From the NCBI GenBank assembly GCA_032250835.1, contig JAVVEA010000008.1:32001-96000 (forward strand): a DNA stretch of 64,000 bases, given 5' to 3'. This document shows, in pieces, positions 37,670-44,305 of the stretch (position 1 is its first letter; each line of letters opens with the position of its first letter). The translations under genes and the position numbers were made by a program. The notes beneath the pieces were generated by a model. That model saw only the letters and a list, made by a program, of their open reading frames with translations, made no database searches and was not told where the DNA came from. Source of the stretch: a bacterium. Its GTDB lineage: Bacteria; SAR324; XYD2-FULL-50-16.

Positions 37670-40102
37670 TCAAGCCCTTTTTTTCCGCTGCCGGTTGAGG
37701 TCCATCCAGGTCAATAGCGCCGAGGAGAGGACTACATCCCCAAAAAAGGCAAAGAGCAAGGCTAAGCCCGTATAGAAACCGAAGTTAAACAGGTTGTTCA
37801 TATCCGCCAGCATATATAGCCAAAAACCCAAGGTAAGCACGATGCTGGTGGTCAACATAGCCCGGCCTGCGGTGGACAGAGTCAGTTCAATGGCCCGCTT
37901 GGAGTCGCCGGTTTCGGCAAAATAGCGGCGGTAGTTGTGGAAGAAGTGGATGGTGTCGTCCACCGCCAAACCCAGCGCAATGGAGCCGGTTAAGAGGGTG
38001 AACATATCCATGGGGACGCCCATGAATCCCATCAAACCAATGGTTAAGACGATCGGACTTAAGTTGGGGATCATGCTGATCAGCCCTAACTTAAGGTTGC
38101 CCATCAAGAGGATCATCAAAACCGTGATCACCAGAGCCGCAATGCCGTAAGACTGGATCATGGTGTGGATCATGAGGGTCATGGTCTTCGCAAAGAGGGT
38201 GGTCATCCCGGTTGTTTGTACCTTCACGTCGGGCCCCAATAATTCCTCGGCTTTGGCTTGCAATTGATCGAGAATGGGGATGTAGGCCATGGAGTCGATC
38301 CAGGGCATCTTGGCGGTCAGTCGGGTCTTGCTAAACTGGCTATCCACTTGGTCTTCCAGGTCGTCGCTGCCGGAGTTTTCGAAGAGCAAAAATTCCTGAG
38401 CGATCAATTCACGGTTCTGGGGGATCACATAAGCTTCGGGTCTGTTTTCATTGAGCGCTTGGTTGATTTCGCGCAGCATAGTCGCCAACGAAAGGGACTT
38501 GCCCACAAATTCATCGCCCTCATGACCGCCTGTGGGCTCTAAAGTCATGGCAAATGTTTCTAGCTCGGCCAGGGCATTTAAGACCTTAGGGTCGTAAAGC
38601 CCATTTTCTTTGCCTGTGTCGATCAGCAATTCAGCCGACACCGTCCCTTTCATCTCCCGGTCCATCAGTTCGCTCTGCATACGGACCGCCGAATCCTCTG
38701 GGAACCAGACCAACACGTTGTGTTGCAATCGAACCAAACTAGCTCCGTATAAGGAGACCAGGATCACCAAAATGCCCAGAATACTGATCGGTTTGTAGTG
38801 ATCAAAGGCGAAGTCACCTAAGCGGACCAAAAAGCGGTCGGTTAAGGTATTGTCTAATCCTTTATCTATGTAGGACTGGCTTCGCACCGGAAGGATGGCG
38901 AGGACCGTGGGGATCATGGTCAAGGTCATGAAGAGGGCGACCATCACCCCAAAGGCGGCGAAGATGCCTAGGTCGGAAATCGGGGCAACCTTGGCTCCAG
39001 CAAAGGAGAGTAAACCCGCTGCGGTGGTGATGCTGGTCATGGCTACCGGTAGACCCGAGTGGTGCATGGCGTCTTTGATGGCCTGCTCCTTGTTGCCCTT
39101 GTCGCGTTGAAAGTCTTTGTAAAACATGGACATCATATGTACCGAGGCCCCAATGCCCACGGCCAGCAGGAAGCTGGGCATAATCTGGGTCGGGAGCTTG
39201 ACCGGCGTGCCGGTGAAGGCCATCAGGCCCAGGGTGTAAACAAAGCTCAAGACCACCGTCAACAGGGGCAACAAGACCCCCGAGAAGCGGCGGAAGGTGA
39301 GGCTTAAGAAGAAGACAATGGCACCAATTGACAGCAGAGTGAAAAACCGCATGTCTTTCTGCATGGAGGCTTTTAAGTACTCGGTCACCACCGGAGAGCC
39401 CGTAAAGGCGATATGGAAGCCCGGGCTCTCGTATTTATCTTTGATCTCCGCCACCTTTTTTACGATTGCCGAGTTCTCCGCATCGGTGATCGGTTTGCGG
39501 GCGGCACCTTCGGTCAGGTCGGTACCGGTGTCAAAGCCACTGCCAAAGCTAGACTGGCCCAAGCTAGAATAGGCCGATGTTTGGATCATTATGGCCGTAT
39601 ACTGGCCTTTTTCATCGATCAAGAAGTTATGGTACAGACGGTTGTGGATTACATAGTCTTTAAGAGCCGCCACTTCTTCGTCGGTCTGGGGCATTTCGGC
39701 CATCAGGTCTTCAACGATCAAGGCGCCCTGTACCCCGGTGGTTTTGCGGGCGTTGTATAGGCTGTTGACGTCCTTTAGGTTCGGTACAGAGTTTTCAATC
39801 TCTAGGTGCAGCGCCTTGAGTTTTTCTAAGAAAGGCAGGCTGAAGATTTGCTCGGACTTGATCAGCAGAATCAACATTTCGTCGCGCCCAAATTGGTCCC
39901 GGAAGGCTTCGTAAGCGACGATGTTCGGGTCGTCGGGGTGGAAAAAGCCTTCGGTTGAGGTGTCCATGGTTAGGAACCTCAACTGAGAGCCCAAAGCTCC
40001 GGTAAGTAGGACTAAAAAGATCAAGAAAACCCATTTAAAACGGATCGTCAGATTGGCCCAAGCCTCAAAGGCTTGGTCGATCCGTTGCCGGATGTTATTC
40101 AT
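37670..40102 (-). CDS. MMPL/RND-superfamily transporter (copy 1)
   Basis: Same architecture as copy 2; GIGASVH and GLAVDDTIH motifs. Confidence 0.92.
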   Translation of the reverse strand: MNNIRQRIDQAFEAWANLTIRFKWVFLIFLVLLTGALGSQLRFLTMDTSTEGFFHPDDPNIVAYEAFRDQFGRDEMLILLIKSEQIFSLPFLEKLKALHLEIENSVPNLKDVNSLYNARKTTGVQGALIVEDLMAEMPQTDEEVAALKDYVIHNRLYHNFLIDEKGQYTAIMIQTSAYSSLGQSSFGSGFDTGTDLTEGAARKPITDAENSAIVKKVAEIKDKYESPGFHIAFTGSPVVTEYLKASMQKDMRFFTLLSIGAIVFFLSLTFRRFSGVLLPLLTVVLSFVYTLGLMAFTGTPVKLPTQIMPSFLLAVGIGASVHMMSMFYKDFQRDKGNKEQAIKDAMHHSGLPVAMTSITTAAGLLSFAGAKVAPISDLGIFAAFGVMVALFMTLTMIPTVLAILPVRSQSYIDKGLDNTLTDRFLVRLGDFAFDHYKPISILGILVILVSLYGASLVRLQHNVLVWFPEDSAVRMQSELMDREMKGTVSAELLIDTGKENGLYDPKVLNALAELETFAMTLEPTGGHEGDEFVGKSLSLATMLREINQALNENRPEAYVIPQNRELIAQEFLLFENSGSDDLEDQVDSQFSKTRLTAKMPWIDSMAYIPILDQLQAKAEELLGPDVKVQTTGMTTLFAKTMTLMIHTMIQSYGIAALVITVLMILLMGNLKLGLISMIPNLSPIVLTIGLMGFMGVPMDMFTLLTGSIALGLAVDDTIHFFHNYRRYFAETGDSKRAIELTLSTAGRAMLTTSIVLTLGFWLYMLADMNNLFNFGFYTGLALLFAFFGDVVLSSALLTWMDLNRQRKKRA

Positions 40103-40691
40103 TTTCTTCTCCTGAAGGGGTTGATTCGGGTTCCTTTGCTGAGTGCAGTAGGCTTTCTATGTCGGTGATGGATGGGTTCGCCCGTTGGACCAACTGGCGT
40201 TGTAGGATCGGCAGCGCGGATTCTATATAATCGGGGCCCATGATGTTTTTGATGAACTGAGCTCCGATCAGGGCTGCTTGGAAGGCGGTAGCCTCTGGGA
40301 GGTCAAAATTAAAGAGTTTCATCAGCAAGTCACGGCGGCTTTCGACCGTCTTAGCTAGCGCTTTGCGCAACAAGGGTAGGTCCGCGGCGAGCACAACAAA
40401 TTCGTTGAGCAACCGGGAAAACTCCACATCGGTGATCAGTATTTTGGACAAAGCTCCGCTGAGGTCCTCTGCGGTGGAGTTGGCCACATCGCGGGCAAAC
40501 TGGCTAAATTTTCGGTGGGCTAGGTCTTCGATTGCGGCGCACAGCATCTTTTCTTTGGAGCCAAAATAATGATGTACCAGTCCGTGGTTTACCCCTGCTG
40601 CGGCGGCGACTTTACGCACACTCACGGCATGGTGTCCTTCGGTTAAGAGGATTTCTTTTAGGGCGGATAAGATTTTTTGTTTCGCGTCCAT
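40095..40691 (-). CDS. TetR/AcrR-family regulator
   Basis: SVRKVAAAAGVNHGLVHHYFGSKE HTH. Confidence 0.92.
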   Translation of the reverse strand: MDAKQKILSALKEILLTEGHHAVSVRKVAAAAGVNHGLVHHYFGSKEKMLCAAIEDLAHRKFSQFARDVANSTAEDLSGALSKILITDVEFSRLLNEFVVLAADLPLLRKALAKTVESRRDLLMKLFNFDLPEATAFQAALIGAQFIKNIMGPDYIESALPILQRQLVQRANPSITDIESLLHSAKEPESTPSGEENE

Positions 40692-40700
40692 GGCTCCTGT

Positions 40701-40736
40701 TTAGTCAATTGACTAACAACTTAGTCAAGTGACTAA
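40701..40736. promoter_or_regulatory. Tandem palindromic operators upstream of the TetR gene
   Basis: TTAGTCAATTGACTAA (40701-40716, perfect palindrome) and TTAGTCAAGTGACTAA (40721-40736). Confidence 0.8.
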
Positions 40737-40971
40737 ATTGGGTCAAGTCTTTTTAAGGCGTCCAAAAAAAATGGGCGCTTAAGAGATAGGTGCGGAGGCC
40801 TTTAATGGGGGGCAAGTCGCTGGGTTGTTTGCTAGCTACTTGCTGGAATGCAGAAAAGTGCTTATTAGAAAGGGGTCTAGCCCGGTCGGTAATAAAGGCT
40901 TTGTAATCAGTTTGACTATTGGGTATACTGGTGCCCAACGGCTAAAAATCATTACCTAAATAAAGACGCTT

Positions 40972-41478
40972 ATGCTTTCGGTTAAGGCTATCTACGAAGA
41001 CGGTAAGATCCTGCTCAAAGAGCCGGTCGAACTGGCGGACAATACGGAAGTCATCTTGACCTTCCTCGACGGTGACTACCCAGGACGCTCTGGTTCTAGT
41101 CGGGGCGAATCCACCGAAGAATTAGAGGTTGCGTCCTCTGCTCATGGCGAGGCCAAAGACGATGCCTACTATGAGCGGATGCGTGCCCATAAGCGCTTTA
41201 AAGCCAAGGGGAATATCACCATCGTCGAAGAGAGCGAGGAAACGGACTACCCCTTAAATGATTACTCGGCTGGTGGTTTGTCTTTCTTCGCCGACAAGAT
41301 GTTTAACCAGATGGAGATCATCAGCGCCCGGATCAAATACCGCGCCGCTGGTGAGGTTTTGGAGTTGGACTTTGATATCCGCGTGATGCGTTGCATCGAC
41401 AAAGGTGATCAGTTCATGATCGGCTGCCAATTCTTAGACGGGGCCGATGAAGAGCTTTGGCACACCATTATGTCTTAG
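40972..41478 (+). CDS. DUF104/AF2212-like N-terminus fused to a PilZ domain
   Basis: N-term VKAIYEDGKILLKEPVEL…EV; PilZ RAHKRF (RxxxR) and DYSAGG (DxSxxG). Confidence 0.75.
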   Translation: MLSVKAIYEDGKILLKEPVELADNTEVILTFLDGDYPGRSGSSRGESTEELEVASSAHGEAKDDAYYERMRAHKRFKAKGNITIVEESEETDYPLNDYSAGGLSFFADKMFNQMEIISARIKYRAAGEVLELDFDIRVMRCIDKGDQFMIGCQFLDGADEELWHTIMS

Positions 41479-41564
41479 CGCTCTGAAGATGAGGCGAGGC
41501 GCTTGAGGGGGTTGAGCTTATCTTTTGGCCTGCTGGGACGGTGACCCTACCTGCCAGGGTAAAC

Positions 41565-41604
41565 AAAAAAGGCCGCCTAAGTCGATGACTTAGGCGGCCT
41601 TTTT
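41565..41604. terminator. Bidirectional intrinsic terminator
   Basis: A6-GGCCGCCTAAGTC-gat-GACTTAGGCGGCC-T5 between convergent genes. Confidence 0.9.
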
Positions 41605-41628
41605 CTTTTCTAGCCAGGGGCTAAACTC

Positions 41629-41955
41629 TTAGCCCAACATTGCCGGGTCTAGTTGCAAGCGCTCAACGGGCTTGCCTTCAATCACGTGGCTGTTGATGAT
41701 CTCTTCTACATCTTCGGGTTTAACCCCTTGGTACCAGACGCCTTCGGGGTAGCAAACCAGGATGGTGCCCGCCATGCAGGGGCCCATACAGCCCGATTGG
41801 GTGACTTTCATCTTGCCCCAGAGGTTCTTGAGGTCTAGCTGTTCGAACATCTTCATGAAGACTTCGCCGCCGCCTAATTGGCCACAGCTGCCTTTGGGGT
41901 GGCCGGGAGGGCGTTGGTTGGTGCAGACGAAGAAATGGTGCGTCGGTTGAGGCAT
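41629..41955 (-). CDS. Thioredoxin-like [2Fe-2S] ferredoxin
   Basis: FVCTNQRPPGHPKGSC…SGCMGPC…YPEGVWY. Confidence 0.93.
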   Translation of the reverse strand: MPQPTHHFFVCTNQRPPGHPKGSCGQLGGGEVFMKMFEQLDLKNLWGKMKVTQSGCMGPCMAGTILVCYPEGVWYQGVKPEDVEEIINSHVIEGKPVERLQLDPAMLG

Positions 41956-42102
41956 CGTTAGGCTCCTTTTGATCCTTTTGGATATAAAAATTGTTTAAAC
42001 TAAAGGGAACTCTAAGGAATCCTGCCATTTTTGACAAGGAAAAAATGCCCTTTTGGGGCCCCAAGATTCTTTAATGAAGCCAATCCAGGGGGTAGGGAGG
42101 GC

Positions 42103-42453
42103 TTAAGTGGGCATAGAGAAATGGCGGAACATAAAATAGGCGGCCCCCAGGAGGCAACAACCGGCCCAGAGGTAATCCCAGCTCCATTCTTCCTTAAAGT
42201 AAAGCCAAGAAAATCCCCCAAAAACTATCAAGGCAATGATTTCCTGCATGACCTTCAGCTGGGCCAAACTATAGGTCTGCGCTCCCATCCGGTTGGCGGG
42301 TACCTGTAGGCTGTATTCGAAAAAGGCAATGCCCCAGCTGGCCAGGATCACCATCCATAGGGGCCAACTCTTCATGTCCCTTAAATGGCCGTACCAGGCG
42401 TAGGTCATGAACAGGTTAGAGCAGAAAAGCAACGCAACGGGGGCGAAACTCAA
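42103..42453 (-). CDS. DMT-superfamily small membrane protein (DUF486)
   Basis: SNLFMTYAWYGHL, SWGIAFFEY.LQVPANR, QLKVMQE. Confidence 0.88.
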   Translation of the reverse strand: MSFAPVALLFCSNLFMTYAWYGHLRDMKSWPLWMVILASWGIAFFEYSLQVPANRMGAQTYSLAQLKVMQEIIALIVFGGFSWLYFKEEWSWDYLWAGCCLLGAAYFMFRHFSMPT

Positions 42454-42511
42454 GGGCTGTTCCTTAAAAAAAAACGGGCTTGGGATATGGGTCCGGATGG
42501 ACTGGATAGGT

Positions 42512-42587
42512 TGGCTCCCCGAGCAAGACTCGAACTTGCGACAAGGCGATTAACAGTCGCCTGCTCTACCAACTGAGCTATCGGGGA
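42512..42587 (-). tRNA. tRNA-Asn (GTT), CCA encoded
   Basis: TCCCCGATAGCTCAGTTGGTAGAGCAGGCGACT-GTT-AATCGCCTTGTCGCAAGTTCGAGTCTTGCTCGGGGAGCCA, 76 nt cloverleaf. Confidence 0.97.
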
Positions 42588-42704
42588 ACGTTCCGTTTCC
42601 GGGGCTCAGAAACCCGGCGGAAGCTGTGTCCTCCTGATGGAAGACAGACCCATTAGGTAACGCAACTGCCTTTAGCTGTCAACTCTCTATTGCAGCTTTT
42701 TTGC

Positions 42705-43916
42705 TTAGAACGTGACACGGTACTGAATCCCCAAGGCTCCTTGGGGGATATTGGGGTTGAAGGTAGGCTCTAAATAGCCTTTAAATTTACCCTCTTGGAC
42801 CAATTGCCGTAAGACCGACTTGGTCTCAAAATAACGCACACTACTAAAGGCGAGGCCCGCTAGCGCGGCGACTACCTTGAGGTCGTCTCCTTCTTTAAAT
42901 TGGGACAACACAAAGCCGCTGGCAGCTCCGGTGCCCGCGAGCCACATTTGCCAGTAGTCTCGGTCTGCTTCGACCATCCGGACCGTGGCGATCCACTTGT
43001 TTTTGTCGATATCTTCGAGACTGACCGGGCGGATCACCACCTTTTTTTCGATCTCAAAAACATGGCGTAGCGAAGTGTCTAATTCCTTGCGGACATGGTC
43101 TACCAGTTGGATCTGCTTGCGCTTTTCTAGGTAGGTGGTCACATACTGGCCCATCTCGGGGGTTTCGATCTTCTGAAAGTAGGTCCCTTCTGAAGACTCG
43201 TCGCCCACCTTGGTCACCGTTAAAATGCCCATATTGGCTCGGCGTGCGTCCGGTGAGGCCATGGGGTTCATCTGGTCGGCCCGGCCGCTTAGGTTTTTGT
43301 AGATCACCAAACGGTCACCGACCGAAATCCCGTCGTTAGAACCTAGATCAATCACCGCCAGCTTGTTGTTGGCTTTGATGATTTTTCCTTTAAGGGGCGT
43401 GTTGCGGGCGATCCGTTGGGCCATGGCGTATAACCTGCGGTCCATGGTTTCGTCGTTGAAGCGCAGCATGTCTTCTAGCTCGATGCTGTTGTCCAATACG
43501 TTGACCAGCTTCACCTTCAAACTCACAAAACCGCTGGGGGTCATCACTAGATTGCCGGTCAAGACCCGCTCGCTGCCCAAGATCTTGGCCATCTGGATGC
43601 CGCAGCCAATTTCAAAACAGGGCAACAGGCGGGGCGCTTCTTTGACCATCACCTGTTCGGCCTGCTCGTGGTCGGTCACTAAAAACCGGTTGGTGTTGGC
43701 CACGTTCTGGGCGATCATGCTGGAATAGGCGCGGGCCGCTGAGTCGGTCATGCCGGTCGCGGCAAACTGCAACACCAGCAGGCCTGTTTGGGCGGTTTCT
43801 TGGTCGGGTAGGGCCGACTGAACCACCTCGCTGGCCTTCTTTTCGTTATCCGCCGCCGCAAGCCAGCCGGGCAGTCCCAAAGAGAAGATCATCAAAAAGG
43901 TTAACCATCGCAACAT
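42705..43916 (-). CDS. Exported protein: CsgG/TolB_N-like domain, FlgT-C-like beta domain, hydrophobic hairpin and C-terminal beta-signal
   Basis: Signal peptide; CFEIGCGIQMAKILG…LTG; IDLGSNDGISVGDRL; ends LGIQYRVTF. Confidence 0.6.
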   Translation of the reverse strand: MLRWLTFLMIFSLGLPGWLAAADNEKKASEVVQSALPDQETAQTGLLVLQFAATGMTDSAARAYSSMIAQNVANTNRFLVTDHEQAEQVMVKEAPRLLPCFEIGCGIQMAKILGSERVLTGNLVMTPSGFVSLKVKLVNVLDNSIELEDMLRFNDETMDRRLYAMAQRIARNTPLKGKIIKANNKLAVIDLGSNDGISVGDRLVIYKNLSGRADQMNPMASPDARRANMGILTVTKVGDESSEGTYFQKIETPEMGQYVTTYLEKRKQIQLVDHVRKELDTSLRHVFEIEKKVVIRPVSLEDIDKNKWIATVRMVEADRDYWQMWLAGTGAASGFVLSQFKEGDDLKVVAALAGLAFSSVRYFETKSVLRQLVQEGKFKGYLEPTFNPNIPQGALGIQYRVTF

Positions 43917-44072
43917 GAGCGCCGTCGAGTTCTGCAATGCCTAAGCGCGCCAAATGCGGAGCTTAAGCAAGGTCTGGGTTGATGCCTTCGGCCCCTCGTT
44001 AGGGGCCCTTTCCCTTGGGTCAATGCAGGAAGCGGGCACAATCAACCGCAAGGGCCCAAAAAACTAAATCCA

Positions 44073-44175
44073 GGGGCATAACCTAACGCGCTTTCGCGCC
44101 GAGGCGGCTTCGGATATGCGCCTTGAGAAGCTCGCTGGGCTGGTTGCTCGGCCTTGGGGTTTTGGGTTATGCCCC
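44073..44175. ncRNA. Unassigned structured element (candidate ncRNA, leader or MITE)
   Basis: 14-bp terminal stem GGGGCATAACCTAA/TTGGGTTATGCCCC enclosing a GCGC-GAAA-GCGC hairpin (minus strand) and a GCCGAG…CTCGGC stem. Confidence 0.4.
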
Positions 44176-44239
44176 AGTCCGGCGGCTTACGTATAGGGCC
44201 ACTAGTTTTGGTCCATTGTTAGCGAAACCAGATGTCAAT

Positions 44240-44277
44240 AAAAAAGCCCAGCTCCTCTAGGTGAGGAGCCGGGCTTC
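44240..44277 (-). terminator. Intrinsic terminator of rne
   Basis: Minus strand GCCCGGCTCCTC-loop-GAGGAGCTGGGC-T6. Confidence 0.85.
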
Positions 44278-44305
44278 TAAAGGGACCTAATTTGACCTAA
44301 GGGGG

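Noticed and set aside
42512-42587. tRNA-Asn as an island attachment site
   Set aside because: No duplicated tRNA 3' end noticed and no integrase nearby
44075-44172. GCATAAC…GTTATGC as an integron attC site
   Set aside because: R boxes fit loosely, but no complementary L''/L' boxes at the required spacing, and no integrase or cassette array
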